DNA from: an uncultured bacterium
GTDB lineage: Bacteria > JAGOEH01
Assembly (NCBI GenBank): GCA_964632485.1
Contig: CAZWDO010000004.1
Location: 124,001-188,000 of the forward strand
Length of the DNA stretch: 64,000 nucleotides
Direction: 5' to 3'
Below are positions 40,646-52,293 of the stretch, piece by piece. Under the pieces are notes generated by a model. That model did not search any database. It had not been told where the DNA came from and saw only the letters and a program-made list of their open reading frames with translations. The position numbers and the translations under genes were made by a program. How positions within the stretch are numbered: position 1 is the first letter of the stretch; each line of letters starts with the position of its first letter.

Positions 40646-43600
40646 CTTGATTGGAACATCTGAATAATTGCATGGATCCGTTCTGCAATTTGTGAAATAT
40701 CAAGAACTGCTTTTTGGCTTTCATCAAGGCTGATGTGAGTGTCCTGAATGAATGTTTTAACTCTGGCGGTTTCTTCAGCGATCGATTCGATTGATAAAGA
40801 TTGCTCTTTTGAATGAACTGAGATTTCACGTAGGCTATTGGTGATAATCTCTATTTTTTCTATGATATTTTGGAAAATATCGCCCATTCCTATTACAAGA
40901 TTAACACCAGCATCCACTTTCAGAGTAACCTCAGACATATTTTTAATAACATGTTGAGTCTGCTTTTGAATCTTCTTTATTATCCCATCGATTTCTTTGG
41001 TTGCCTGTGTCGTTCGATCTGAAAGTTTCCGGACTTCATCGGCGACAACAGCAAATCCGCGGCCATGCTCTCCTGCGCGGGCAGATTCTATGGCAGCATT
41101 GAGCGCTAATAGATTGGTTTGATCAGCTATATCTTCAATTACAACTATTATCTTGCCTACTTCCAATGTTTGCCTTCCAAGGCTTTGAATCTGATCGGCG
41201 CCCTGATTAACAGCGCTCTGCATCAAACGAATTTCTGTTAATGTCTCTTTTACAGTAGTTCCGCCATTTTCTGCAAAAATTGCAGTAGTTTGAACATTCT
41301 GAAAAGTGTTGTCAATATTCCGAGCGATATTGAATCCAGCCTCAGTAAGTCGTTGGGTTGATTTAGCAGTCCCTTCAGCAATTTTCTCTAATTCCTCGGT
41401 TTGATAAATAATTCCTGTTGTTGTATCGACCAATTCGGTGGAACTACTGGCAATGACTTCTGCTTCATTTTTCATTTGGAGGAGTACCTGGTTGTTGCGA
41501 ATTATATCTGCAATCTTGCGGTCCTTTTCAAATTCAGCAGATTTAAGCGCAAATTCTCGGCGGTGTTTAGTCGTGCGATAATAGAAAACACCACTGATAC
41601 CACCACCTCCAATTACTATATAGAGAATATAGGCCCAGATTGTCTTCCATGGAGGGGTGATTATAGTTATGTTCAATGATGCGCCGGTTTCATTCCAAAT
41701 TCCGTCGTTATTAGCTCCTTTAACATAAAATGTATAATCACCATCACTTACATTTGTATAGCTGGCGTAATTTCGATGCGTATTTTTAATCCATGATTTG
41801 TCAAATCCTTGCAGCATATATTGATACTCATTTTTTTCAGGTTGAGTAAAATCAAGGGCGGCAAACTCAATCGAAAAAAAGTTTTCATTATACTTAAGTT
41901 TAATTTCCTTAATATCATGAATAACTTGATTACTGGTGTATTCTTTATCAAAAATTTTGAAACTGGTGATAATTACCGGGGGGATGTAGGGATTTTCTTG
42001 GATTTGATTGGGTTGAAAGCGGTTAAAACCATTAATTCCACCAAAATATATGTATCCATTACTTGATTTAAAATATGCATTCCCGTTAAACTCATTACTC
42101 TGCAAACCGTCAGTTACGTCAAAACAACGAAATGACTGGTTTGATTCATCGAATTGCGCAATCCCTTTATTAGTGGATAACCAGAGTTTATTCTCGGTAT
42201 CAACAACAATGCCATAAACAACGTTATTGGGAAGTCCATCTTTTTCAGAATAGTGGCGCAGAGTTTGACCTTTCAAATTAAATTTGGAAAATCCCTTGCT
42301 GGTTGCTATCCAAATTTGATCATGTTGATCCTGAATCATCGCATAAATCGTGTTGTCCCTTAAACTGGTTGAGTCTTGTGATTGATATTGAAAATGAACA
42401 AATTTCTCTGAATCGATATTCAAAACCGAAAGCCCGTTGCCGTTTGTGCCTATCCATAAGTTCCCCTGCCGGTCATAAAGCAACGAGCGAATATTATTTG
42501 CGATAATAGTCCCGTTGTCGCCTTCTTGATGAATATATGAAGTAAATGTCTCTGTGAGTGTATTAAAACGGGAAAGTCCACCATTAGTTCCAATCCATAG
42601 GGTGTGTGGGGGGGTAAAAGCAAAAGCCCATATTCGGTTTTGGATAAGGGAGTTTTGGTTATTTGGCAGATTTACAAAGCGTGTGATCTGATTTCTGGCA
42701 GGATTTATTTTATTAAGGCCTCGAGAGGTTCCGATCCATAGGTTCCGCTCCATATCTTCTTGAATCGCCCATACTGAGTTCCAGGTAAGAGAGTTTGAAT
42801 TGGCAGGATCTGCGACAAAGTGAATAAACTTGCCGGTAGATGGTTGATATTGATTCAATCCGCCACTGCAACCAATCCATATCGATCCTTGGTAGTCTTC
42901 ACCAAAACACCAAACCAAATTGTCAATTAAACTATTGCTATTAAAAGGATTTTTTTTATAGTGTTCGAATTTGCTAATTACTAATTTATTAACACCCCCT
43001 CCATTGTTACCAACCCAGATTAATCCCGAGCGGTCCATGAAAATTGAAAGGACGTTATTATTGCTTAAACTGAAAGGATCGATCGGGTTATTATTAAGAT
43101 TTAAAAATTGACGACTGGGGATATGGAATAGCAGAAGCCCCTCATCAACAGTCCCGATCCATATCTGGTTATTCAGCCCTAAAATTCCAGTCCGGAAAAG
43201 GTTGGCATTGGGAAGGTCTTTGAAAAAAGGGTGAGTATCAAATGATGTGAAGGTTTTGTTTTGAATATCAAATAAATTGAGTCCTCCGCCTTCAGTGCCA
43301 ATCCAGATATTATGGGTTGAATCTTCAATAATAAAACGAACGCTATTATGGGAAATAGATTGTGGATTATTAGGATCAGATTGGAACCGTTCAAATTGAT
43401 CACGCTTGGGATCAAAGCGATTAAGGCCTTCTGCAGCGCCAATCCATATTGTTCCGGTATGGTCTTGAAAAATTGAGTAAATCGAGTTATCAGATAAAGA
43501 GTTGGGATCATCCGGTTTATAGATGTACTGAGTAATTTTTTCAGTAACTGTGTCAAACCGTTTAACTCCAGAGCCATCCGTTCCTATCCATAAGTTACCC

Positions 43601-44010
43601 TCTTGATCTTCATAAATATAGTTTATTCCATCACGTTCTAACCCCGGAATGCGGTAAAATTGATCGGTTTCGCGAATAAATCGGCATAAGCCTTCAAGAG
43701 TGCCTACCCAGAGCTGATTCCGACTATCAACAAAAAGGTAATTAACCCAATTATAAGAAAGTGAGTTTGGGTTTTCGTCATTCTTTTTGTATACCTTAAA
43801 AGTATATCCATCATAACGGTTTAGGCCATCTTCAGTTCCATACCAAAGAAAGCCATAATGATCCTGAATAGTGGTGTAAACAGAACTTTGAGATAAACCC
43901 TGTTCAATAGAAATGTGATGAAATTTTACCTTGTTTAAAATTGTTTCAGTTTGACCCTGGATTGTTAGTATCCAACTTAAAATTGCTATCCAAAGTAATA
44001 CAAATTTCAT
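40642..44010 (-). CDS. Methyl-accepting chemotaxis protein with a periplasmic beta-propeller + Y_Y_Y sensor
   Basis: [27 protein letters not shown] repeats, [11 protein letters not shown] (YQYMLQGFD...YTNV...NNDGIWN), PPW-TM, then MCP signature [36 protein letters not shown]. Confidence 0.93.
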   Translation of the reverse strand: MKFVLLWIAILSWILTIQGQTETILNKVKFHHISIEQGLSQSSVYTTIQDHYGFLWYGTEDGLNRYDGYTFKVYKKNDENPNSLSYNWVNYLFVDSRNQLWVGTLEGLCRFIRETDQFYRIPGLERDGINYIYEDQEGNLWIGTDGSGVKRFDTVTEKITQYIYKPDDPNSLSDNSIYSIFQDHTGTIWIGAAEGLNRFDPKRDQFERFQSDPNNPQSISHNSVRFIIEDSTHNIWIGTEGGGLNLFDIQNKTFTSFDTHPFFKDLPNANLFRTGILGLNNQIWIGTVDEGLLLFHIPSRQFLNLNNNPIDPFSLSNNNVLSIFMDRSGLIWVGNNGGGVNKLVISKFEHYKKNPFNSNSLIDNLVWCFGEDYQGSIWIGCSGGLNQYQPSTGKFIHFVADPANSNSLTWNSVWAIQEDMERNLWIGTSRGLNKINPARNQITRFVNLPNNQNSLIQNRIWAFAFTPPHTLWIGTNGGLSRFNTLTETFTSYIHQEGDNGTIIANNIRSLLYDRQGNLWIGTNGNGLSVLNIDSEKFVHFQYQSQDSTSLRDNTIYAMIQDQHDQIWIATSKGFSKFNLKGQTLRHYSEKDGLPNNVVYGIVVDTENKLWLSTNKGIAQFDESNQSFRCFDVTDGLQSNEFNGNAYFKSSNGYIYFGGINGFNRFQPNQIQENPYIPPVIITSFKIFDKEYTSNQVIHDIKEIKLKYNENFFSIEFAALDFTQPEKNEYQYMLQGFDKSWIKNTHRNYASYTNVSDGDYTFYVKGANNDGIWNETGASLNITIITPPWKTIWAYILYIVIGGGGISGVFYYRTTKHRREFALKSAEFEKDRKIADIIRNNQVLLQMKNEAEVIASSSTELVDTTTGIIYQTEELEKIAEGTAKSTQRLTEAGFNIARNIDNTFQNVQTTAIFAENGGTTVKETLTEIRLMQSAVNQGADQIQSLGRQTLEVGKIIVVIEDIADQTNLLALNAAIESARAGEHGRGFAVVADEVRKLSDRTTQATKEIDGIIKKIQKQTQHVIKNMSEVTLKVDAGVNLVIGMGDIFQNIIEKIEIITNSLREISVHSKEQSLSIESIAEETARVKTFIQDTHISLDESQKAVLDISQIAERIHAIIQMFQSS

Positions 44011-44515
44011 AATTCTTCCTCTGGTTGAGTAGATTAATCAATTATCAATATTGTATAAGACTATCCGACCACCTGATTTTTACAACTTCGAATTAAACAG
44101 ATAACAAAAAGCAAAATTTAATTCACCATTTCCCAATCGATTATCGGTTGGAGGCTGTATTGTCAAAACTCATTTAAAAATGGCAAGTGGTTAAATTGAC
44201 AAACTAACCAAATAACCTGCATTTCCATATTAATATACACCAAGATCGCATATAGTCAAGTAGAAAAAAAAGCATTCAAAAAATAATCATGCTAAGATCG
44301 AAAAATTTATTGTGTTCATACTTTTAGCAGTAAATAAATAGGAGTTAGAACAGAAGATTTTATCATTTATAGGGTTATCGTAAAAAAATATCTAATTATG
44401 AATATTAGTTAAAAAAGATAAAAAGTAATTGACAAGCCGACAAATCGATAGTATCTTTACATTAAAGATTAATTATCGGTTTTGCTATTAAGTTGATGCC
44501 AAAGTCTGAAAAAAA

Positions 44516-45376
44516 TTGAAAAGCGCTGCAGGAAACGAGAGTGCATTGGAAAAAAAATTTCGCTCTTATGGCAAATTGCCTGCCCGGGTTGTCTTGGTAC
44601 ATGGAGGGCCCGGGGCCATCGGTTCTCTGGGTTCATTGGCTAACTGTCTGGTAGAAAGGGATATCGATATTTTAGAGCCATATCAGACTAAATTTTCTAT
44701 ATTTGAACTTGTGTTTGAGCTGGCTGAACAAATTGACCGGTATGCACAATCCCCGATTATATTAATAGGGCACTCCTGGGGAGCATGGTTGAGTTTTCTT
44801 TATGCTGCTAAGCGCTCTCATAAAATTTGCCGGTTGGTTTTGTTAGGAGCCGGGCCATTTATTGAAAATTACGTGCATCAAATCCAGGCGACCAGAATGG
44901 CCAGGCTTTCTGTTAATGATAAGGAACGTTTTCAAAAAAAACTCCATCAATTATCAAAAACCGTAGGGGAAGAACAACGGTTGATAATGCAAGACATTCA
45001 GGAATTAGTAGATCAAACCGATAATTTTGAACTCATCGCTCCAAAAGATCCAATACTTAAATTTGATCATCAACAATACAACCATATATGGTTGGAAGCA
45101 GTCTCATTAAGAAAAAATGGAACTCTTTTAGCAAATGCAAAAACAGTCAATTGCCCCGTTATCGGTATTCATGGAGACTATGATCCACATCCAGCGGAGG
45201 GAGTTTCCGAACCTTTGGGGCAAGTTTTACGTAACTTTAACATGTTGATCCTTCCCGATTGCGGGCATTCCCCCTGGTTGGAAAAGAACGCGAAAATCGC
45301 ATTTTTGGACATTCTGGAAGCAATTATCAAAGAAGCGATTCTAAATTCTGGCGCGGACCGGGCTGATGTAAATTGA
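44516..45376 (+). CDS. Alpha/beta hydrolase
   Basis: HGGPG, GHSWG, HGDYD, CGHSPW. Confidence 0.9.
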   Translation: MKSAAGNESALEKKFRSYGKLPARVVLVHGGPGAIGSLGSLANCLVERDIDILEPYQTKFSIFELVFELAEQIDRYAQSPIILIGHSWGAWLSFLYAAKRSHKICRLVLLGAGPFIENYVHQIQATRMARLSVNDKERFQKKLHQLSKTVGEEQRLIMQDIQELVDQTDNFELIAPKDPILKFDHQQYNHIWLEAVSLRKNGTLLANAKTVNCPVIGIHGDYDPHPAEGVSEPLGQVLRNFNMLILPDCGHSPWLEKNAKIAFLDILEAIIKEAILNSGADRADVN

Positions 45377-45496
45377 AATGTCAAATCCTTAAATAAAGGA
45401 GTATTGCCTATATAATAGACATTAAAAAATGCTCCTGGGAAGAGTGTTTCCAAGGAATAAAATGCTCAACTTTAATTATGAGAGAGAGATCTGAAA

Positions 45497-45976
45497 ATGA
45501 GAACATTGATTTTATTTGCTACAAAGTATGGCAGCGTCGAAAAAGCGGCGGGTCTTTTAAAGACAAAGTTAAAAAGCGAAGTTGATATTGTCAATCTAAA
45601 AATTGGACCAGTGCCAAGTTTGGATAATTTTGACGCTATTATACTAGGAGGATCGATATATGTTGGAAAAATTCAACATGAATTGTATGAATTCTGTAAA
45701 AATAACATTGAGCAATTACTAAGCAAAAAATTGGGTCTTTTTGTATGCGCAGGGCAAACCGAACTGGCTTTGCAAGAAAAGCAATTGGCCCACGCCTTCC
45801 CTGCTGAATTGGTTGCTCATGCCTGCGTAAAGGAAACAGTTGGAGATGAGATAATATTGGAACGCATGTCACTAATGGATCGGTGGGCTGTAAGATTGAT
45901 AAAAGGAATCAAATTAAGTTATTCCAATATATCTGATGCCAACCTTGAGCGAATTGCTGAAAAAATGAATGAATGA
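45497..45976 (+). CDS. Flavodoxin-domain (HemG-like) protein
   Basis: FATKYGSVEK, ILGGSIYVG, LFVC. Confidence 0.85.
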   Translation: MRTLILFATKYGSVEKAAGLLKTKLKSEVDIVNLKIGPVPSLDNFDAIILGGSIYVGKIQHELYEFCKNNIEQLLSKKLGLFVCAGQTELALQEKQLAHAFPAELVAHACVKETVGDEIILERMSLMDRWAVRLIKGIKLSYSNISDANLERIAEKMNE

Positions 45977-46901
45977 GGGCCCAATGGTGAACAAACTCAT
46001 AATTGCCAACTCAATAAAAAAAACAAGTGATACTATTCGGGTTATCATCACAGACTCAGGAATCGGCGGTGTTGGTATTGCTGCAGAGTTATACCGTTTA
46101 TTGAATGAAAACCAATCATTTATAAAAGCAGAATTAATCTATTTTAATGCTCTATTTGATGAAATGAGTGGCTATAATGTTCTGCCGGAGTGGAATCAAA
46201 AAATCTCACATCTAGATACCGCATTTCAAGGGATGATGCGATTGCAACCTGATATAATCCTTTTAGCCAGTAATACACTTTCTGTATTATTTCCACATTC
46301 GCTATTTGCCTTAAAGCCAACTATTCCGGTAATTGGATTGATTGAGATTGGTGTGGATTATATACGTGAATCACTTGAATATTCTCCAAAAAGCCAAGTA
46401 ATTGTTTTTGCAACTCCGCTTACGATCAGTGAAAGCGTTTTCAGGGAAAAAATAATTCATTTTCTCCCTTCGGAACGAATTATTGAACATTCATGCCCTG
46501 GTTTGGAACATGCCATCGGTGATGGTGACTATTCAAAAGTACTTAATTTGATTAATCGATATGTGGATGAGGCGTGCTTAAAATTGAATTTTCCTGATGA
46601 GGGAATTATTGCCAGTTTGAATTGCACCCATTTTGGTTACTATGTTGGTGAATTTGAATCGGCCCTTCGTAGAACAACAACGAAAAATGTACAATTGCTC
46701 AATCCCAATATCCGATTGGCTCAAACCCTGGTAAAAGATACAGCGGTTAAAGAGGGAACTACGAATTTGTCTATTCAGTTTTTATCAAAAGTTCCCTTCA
46801 GTAAGCAGGGGATCAATTCAATACTCCCTCGCTTGGAAACCATTTCTATTCAGACGGCCAATGCTTTTGCCAACTATTCTTTGATTCCTGATCTTTTTTA
46901 G
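45969..46901 (+). CDS. Asp/Glu racemase family (MurI-like) protein
   Basis: TDSGIGG, LASNT, FAT, NCTHF. The start may be 45984. Confidence 0.8.
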   Translation: MNEGPMVNKLIIANSIKKTSDTIRVIITDSGIGGVGIAAELYRLLNENQSFIKAELIYFNALFDEMSGYNVLPEWNQKISHLDTAFQGMMRLQPDIILLASNTLSVLFPHSLFALKPTIPVIGLIEIGVDYIRESLEYSPKSQVIVFATPLTISESVFREKIIHFLPSERIIEHSCPGLEHAIGDGDYSKVLNLINRYVDEACLKLNFPDEGIIASLNCTHFGYYVGEFESALRRTTTKNVQLLNPNIRLAQTLVKDTAVKEGTTNLSIQFLSKVPFSKQGINSILPRLETISIQTANAFANYSLIPDLF

Positions 46902-47080
46902 CCATGAGTGAACCCATACAAGGGAGGATGATAGTACAAAGCAGTAAATTCTGCTATTAGTTTATAGAAAGGCTATGCCAAAGAAAATTGATGATGGCTA
47001 CCATGATGATGGTTGTGAAAAAAAATATGTTTCAGCGAAATTGCAATTTTAAACAAGCTTGGGTATTATAATAAAAAACC

Positions 47081-47108
47081 TTGACAATTGCCTTTTTTCG
47101 GGTATAAT
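47081..47108 (+). promoter_or_regulatory. Consensus sigma70 promoter
   Basis: TTGACA-N16-TATAAT upstream of the 47200 ORF. Confidence 0.7.
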
Positions 47109-47199
47109 ATTAGTTAGATTAAAGATAAGGTTCGAAAATCCGACCCTGATTTCTTTGTGATGGAGATATTTCAGTGTTCAAAATTTATGAAAAATTATT

Positions 47200-50100
47200 A
47201 TGATGAGAAACTTAATTGTAATATTTAATCTTATACTCATGTTTGGATCTATCTCGCGGGCCTTGGATCCGAATCGTAAAATAACTCAATATGTTTTAAA
47301 TAATTGGCAAACAGAACAAGGGTTACCGCAAAATTCAATTATTGAAATCTACCAAACTCAGGATGGTTATTTATGGCTGGGAACTGAGGAAGGGCTTATC
47401 CGCTTTAATGGGAGTCAATTTGAAAGCTTCAATTCATCTAAAATAGGTTTTGAGTATTCAAATTACATTTCCTGCATGTATCAGGACCGAGTTGGAAATT
47501 TCTGGATTGGCACTTACGGTGATGGACTGATTTGCTATAAAGAAAATCAGTTTAAACTGTTGACTAGTCAGGATGGCTTGGTCAGCAACTATATAAGTCG
47601 AATCCATGAAGATTCAAATGGGGTGTTATGGATCGGGACGGAATTTGGCTTATGCGCGTATAAAGAGGGTAAATTTCGTTCTATTACAATGAATTCAAAG
47701 GCATTTGTTGAATTAGTGGGTTCTTTTTACGAAACTTCCGATGATAGCCTTTTAATAACAACAAATAAAGGTGTTTACTTAATGCATGGAGATTCACTCC
47801 GGCCTTTTTGGAGCGAGATTGCTGACTATACACAGGATATTCGAGATATTATAAAAGATTCAATAGGGAATTATTGGATGGGGGTTCATGGTCTTGGATT
47901 GGTCAGATATGATGGAAGTCGGGCTTCTGTAATCGTAGATTCCGCGAAAGGGTTGCTCAGCAACGATATAATGAATCTTTATAAATCATCGAACGGAATG
48001 GTATGGATTGCCACGCGGAAGGGACTGAACCGATACTATCGGGGGGAAATCGATTCATTAACTGAATTTGATGGACTTAGTCTGAATGATATCCGTTCTA
48101 TATATGAGGACCGTGAAGGAAATTTATGGATTGGAACTTATGGGGGAGGGCTGAATCGGTTAAAAGATGGAAAATTTACCAGTTTTACGACTCGTGAAGG
48201 CCTGTCTGCAAAGTTCATCTGGTCACTTTATCAAGATTTTGATTCATCGATTTGGATAGCTACCCATGGGGGGGGATTAAATCACTTGCAACATGGAAAA
48301 GTAACAATTTATACCACTCAGGAGGGCCTTTGCAACAATTTTATTAGTTCCATTGCGAGAGACCCCTTAGGAAATCTATTAGTGGGCACCCATTATGGAG
48401 GGCTTAATGTTATATTGCCCAATAAAATGCGCCATATCACTACGAAAAATGGATTGCCGGCAAATTCGATTCGGGCTCTCTTCAAGGATAGCGAGAATAC
48501 TATCTGGATTGGTACGGGGGGCGGTGGGCTATGCCGTTGGAAAACTGACAGCAATTCATTTCAGACAATTTCTGTTAATGATGGACTGTGTGATAATTAT
48601 GTCCAACAAATTTGTGAGGATACTTCTCAAAATCTTTGGATAGCGACAAAGGGGGGATTGAATCGGATAGATCTCAAAACTCGCAGTGTTAAATCATATA
48701 CTACCCAGAGTGGTCTGCCGTATAACAATCTTCGCTGTCTGTTTGTTGATGATGAAAATAATCTTTGGATCGGGACAAAGGGGGGAGGACTGATTCTGCT
48801 GAGTGGAGATAAATTTTCTTTATTTACGACTGAACATGGACTCTATGATAATACGATCTTCGGTATTCTCAACGATAACGAGAATTATATGTGGTTTAGC
48901 TGTAATCGGGGATTGTTCAAAATTCGCCGTACCGAATTGCTGGCGATATCAAAGAGTGAGCTTAATTCTGCATTTTGTATATCTTATGGCCAGGGTTCAG
49001 GAATGAAAAACCAGGAATGCAATGGAGGAGTTCAGCCTTCTTGCCTAAAAAGCTATACTGGTAGCCTTTGGTTTCCAACAGTCGATGGGGTTGTAAATTT
49101 CAATCCTGAAAAAATGCCTTATAATAAAGAAATCCCACCTGTATTTATCGAAGCGATTATTATTGATCGTGATACTATATATGGCAATAGCCCAGTAATA
49201 TTTAATCCGGGTACTGAACGCTTTGAAATACATTATGCAGGTTTGAGCTATATGGAATCTAAAAAAAACCAGTACAAATACAAATTAGAGGGATTTGATA
49301 CAGATTGGGTGAATGCTGGCAATCGGAATATTGCGTTTTATACGAATATCCGGCCTGGCGTCTATTTATTTCGTGTTATAGCATGTAACAATGACGGATT
49401 ATGGAATGAAGAAGGCGCTGTAATTTCAATTCGCATCCAATATTTTTTTTACCAAACCCGGTGGTTTTATTTGTTGATGGCGCTTTTCGTGTTTGTTTTG
49501 GGAATGGCTCTCAATTCGTTACGAATTCGCCATAAAAAGTCAAAAGAATTAGAAAGTCTGAATAATCAATTGCTGAATGCTAATGAAGAATTGGTTAAAG
49601 CGAATCAAGTGAAAGATGAACTACTGCATATAGCGGCGCATGAAATGAAAAACCCTTTGCAAATTATTTCAGGTTTCGCCCAATTGATTGGAAAAGTATC
49701 TGAAAAGAGTTCAATTCAAGAAAAGGCGCAGAAAATATTTGAATCTTCACATCGTATGAAAACGATTATCGAGCGGTTACTTGAATCGGCTGCTATCGAA
49801 AGTGGCACTGTTCAACCAAAGTTGACACGGTTTAATATCCGGGAAGTGATTGAGAAAGTAGTTAAAAACAATAGCGAACATGCCCAACAAAAACGCCAGT
49901 GTTTCAAATTTGAAATCAATCAGGACGTAGAAGTTTTAACTGATAGGGAATTACTGGTGGAAGCCGTGGATAATCTTATTTCTAATGCGCTGAAGTTTTC
50001 ACCCTTTGATACAGTGATAACGACAAAAATAGAATGCTTCGTGAATGAAATTCGTATTCGAGTCAGTGATCAGGGTCCGGGGATTACGAATGAAGACCGG

Positions 50101-50286
50101 GAAAAAATTTTTGGAAAATTTACTAAATTAAGCGCGCGACCAACTGGGAATGAGGTCTCGACTGGATTAGGTCTATCGATTGTGAAACAAATAATGGAAT
50201 TGTTAGGCGGCAGGGTTGAATGTGATTCGCTCCATAAAGGTGGGGCTAGTTTTATTCTGATTTTAACCCGAACTAATGAGAATTGA
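47200..50286 (+). CDS. Beta-propeller + Y_Y_Y sensor histidine kinase
   Basis: GLPQNS, LWIGT repeats, Y_Y_Y, TM, H-box AAHEMKNPL, NLISNALKF, DQGPG, GLGL. Confidence 0.93.
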   Translation: MMRNLIVIFNLILMFGSISRALDPNRKITQYVLNNWQTEQGLPQNSIIEIYQTQDGYLWLGTEEGLIRFNGSQFESFNSSKIGFEYSNYISCMYQDRVGNFWIGTYGDGLICYKENQFKLLTSQDGLVSNYISRIHEDSNGVLWIGTEFGLCAYKEGKFRSITMNSKAFVELVGSFYETSDDSLLITTNKGVYLMHGDSLRPFWSEIADYTQDIRDIIKDSIGNYWMGVHGLGLVRYDGSRASVIVDSAKGLLSNDIMNLYKSSNGMVWIATRKGLNRYYRGEIDSLTEFDGLSLNDIRSIYEDREGNLWIGTYGGGLNRLKDGKFTSFTTREGLSAKFIWSLYQDFDSSIWIATHGGGLNHLQHGKVTIYTTQEGLCNNFISSIARDPLGNLLVGTHYGGLNVILPNKMRHITTKNGLPANSIRALFKDSENTIWIGTGGGGLCRWKTDSNSFQTISVNDGLCDNYVQQICEDTSQNLWIATKGGLNRIDLKTRSVKSYTTQSGLPYNNLRCLFVDDENNLWIGTKGGGLILLSGDKFSLFTTEHGLYDNTIFGILNDNENYMWFSCNRGLFKIRRTELLAISKSELNSAFCISYGQGSGMKNQECNGGVQPSCLKSYTGSLWFPTVDGVVNFNPEKMPYNKEIPPVFIEAIIIDRDTIYGNSPVIFNPGTERFEIHYAGLSYMESKKNQYKYKLEGFDTDWVNAGNRNIAFYTNIRPGVYLFRVIACNNDGLWNEEGAVISIRIQYFFYQTRWFYLLMALFVFVLGMALNSLRIRHKKSKELESLNNQLLNANEELVKANQVKDELLHIAAHEMKNPLQIISGFAQLIGKVSEKSSIQEKAQKIFESSHRMKTIIERLLESAAIESGTVQPKLTRFNIREVIEKVVKNNSEHAQQKRQCFKFEINQDVEVLTDRELLVEAVDNLISNALKFSPFDTVITTKIECFVNEIRIRVSDQGPGITNEDREKIFGKFTKLSARPTGNEVSTGLGLSIVKQIMELLGGRVECDSLHKGGASFILILTRTNEN

Positions 50287-50450
50287 ACTTAAAAATTCTT
50301 ATAGAATATTCTGTTTGCTGAGTTTTCATGGTTTATCATGCGATACAAACATTTTTATATACTTAACTTTAATTGTATAGATTAGTATAAAAAAGATTGT
50401 GTCAAAGTTCTACATTCTGATAGCGCGAATGTCAGGGGAAATAAATGGTT

Positions 50451-51767
50451 TTAAATATGTTTGAATTGCTTCTCGATCATAATTTTAAGGATAGTACGGT
50501 CAGTTTCGATCATCCCCTGGGTGGAAAGCTGGCCAATATTTTTCATAGTTTGCTCCGGGGTTTGGGCGATAATTCCATCCGTAAATTTAACGTCGAGTCC
50601 ATGCAGGGAAAAAAGAGCGGATTGAACAGCCGTCCCGGCTGCAGTTGCCAGTTTGAGAGAGCAACTGTTTTTAGCGCCATCACAAATTACACCAGCCAGG
50701 TCCTCGATTAAATTTTTTATAGCTCCGGCAATATGGTGAATTGTCCCTCCCATGAGATAAGTAATCCCGCTAGTGGCACCGGCGCCGGCAGCTATTGAGC
50801 AACCGCAGACGGCAGACAATCGGCCCGTATGCGCTTTGATATAAGCAGTTATTATATGGCTTAAAGCAACTGCTTTTAGCACTCGATGCGGGTCGTCACA
50901 TTGAATATATTTACGAATGGCTATAATAGGCAGGATGGCAGTCAGGCCGTGATTTCCACTCCCGGCAGAACTCATGGCCGGTAATTTAACGCCTGACATA
51001 CGGGCATCCGAAGCAGCAGAGGTCATAATACGCGCCTCTAATATCATATCTTTTTTTAGCAATTTCTCGCGTGTCAATCGTTCCAATGTGAGACCGACTC
51101 CCAATCCAGGCCCGAATGTCAAACCATAATCCGAGAGTTTTAAATTGGTGGAAATTCCCTCTTCAATGAATGCTAAATCGTCTGCATCAAGGTCGTCGAG
51201 TAGCATGATCAATTCTTCTAACGTGAGCGCGGATATCCATTTCTCTAATAATGAAAGTTGACTTTGCGATCGTTCAGTCCGGCTTAAAAGAGGATGCTCG
51301 GTAATTGGAATCTTATTGAAAATCAACTGAGTAATATTATTATGCACGTCTTCAATGACGGCTTCTGCTTGATTAGTTTGTGATACAAGCAGCACACGGA
51401 TAAAAAGTCCTACATGGTCACGTAAAAGATTAATCTTAACTTTATTTTGCCGGATTAACTCGCGGGCAGTTATTAGGTGATCGTCATTAATTGGGTTTAA
51501 AACTTCCAGTTTCAAATAGGGATTGCCACCTATTACTCCTAATGCGGCAGCTAAATCCATTCCAGATTCTCCTTTAGCGCCAGGTATCGAAACTGCCATT
51601 CCGTTTTTATAAATGTTGGGATCAACCCACAATTCAATAGATTCTATTGGCTGGCCTTTAATCAGATCTGCTGCGGCAGCCGCTGCCAATGACACTGCCG
51701 AAGGTTCTGTGCAGCCTAATGCAGGCGCAACTTCAAGCTTTAAAATATCTTTAACGGTGAATGCCAT
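50451..51767 (-). CDS. L-cysteine desulfidase (CyuA/YhaM, serine dehydratase alpha-like family)
   Basis: PALGCTEP, ASDARMSG, SGNHG, RLSAVCGC, ICDGAKNSC. Confidence 0.85.
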   Translation of the reverse strand: MAFTVKDILKLEVAPALGCTEPSAVSLAAAAAADLIKGQPIESIELWVDPNIYKNGMAVSIPGAKGESGMDLAAALGVIGGNPYLKLEVLNPINDDHLITARELIRQNKVKINLLRDHVGLFIRVLLVSQTNQAEAVIEDVHNNITQLIFNKIPITEHPLLSRTERSQSQLSLLEKWISALTLEELIMLLDDLDADDLAFIEEGISTNLKLSDYGLTFGPGLGVGLTLERLTREKLLKKDMILEARIMTSAASDARMSGVKLPAMSSAGSGNHGLTAILPIIAIRKYIQCDDPHRVLKAVALSHIITAYIKAHTGRLSAVCGCSIAAGAGATSGITYLMGGTIHHIAGAIKNLIEDLAGVICDGAKNSCSLKLATAAGTAVQSALFSLHGLDVKFTDGIIAQTPEQTMKNIGQLSTQGMIETDRTILKIMIEKQFKHI

Positions 51768-52293
51768 AAATAATCCTTTCAGTTTATAACGTTAAGTACA
51801 TCAAATTATTATCGTAATTCCTGTCACTTTAACTATATTAAGAGTAATCAAGCGCAATCTGATGAACCTCCAATTGACTTAGGCTAAGATTCCGTATTAC
51901 CCAAATTTAAGTAATCAATATAAATAGAAAAAAAATAAAAATCAAGAGAACGAAGGGATTTTTAAGTAATTATTTAAACTTGAATAACAACATTATCGTA
52001 AAAAAAGAGAATTTCATTTGCATCGGATAAATTGAGGAATTCTTGAGGCCCCTGGCACTGAAAAGAAAATAGGTCATAAGGGTGTAAATTGACTCTAAAA
52101 GTAATGAAAGAGATTGAAATAAAAAATTAATAGGGCAAATGTGTAGTTTACTCCCAAAAAAAAATTTAAACTATTGCAAAAAGGAAGAATTTTTATTATT
52201 TTGACAAAGGGATTAAATAAAGATCCTCATAGCGCTGAATGTGGCAGGCTCTGAATTAACATTTTTTTATAGATAGCGGAAGGAGAATTTTCA

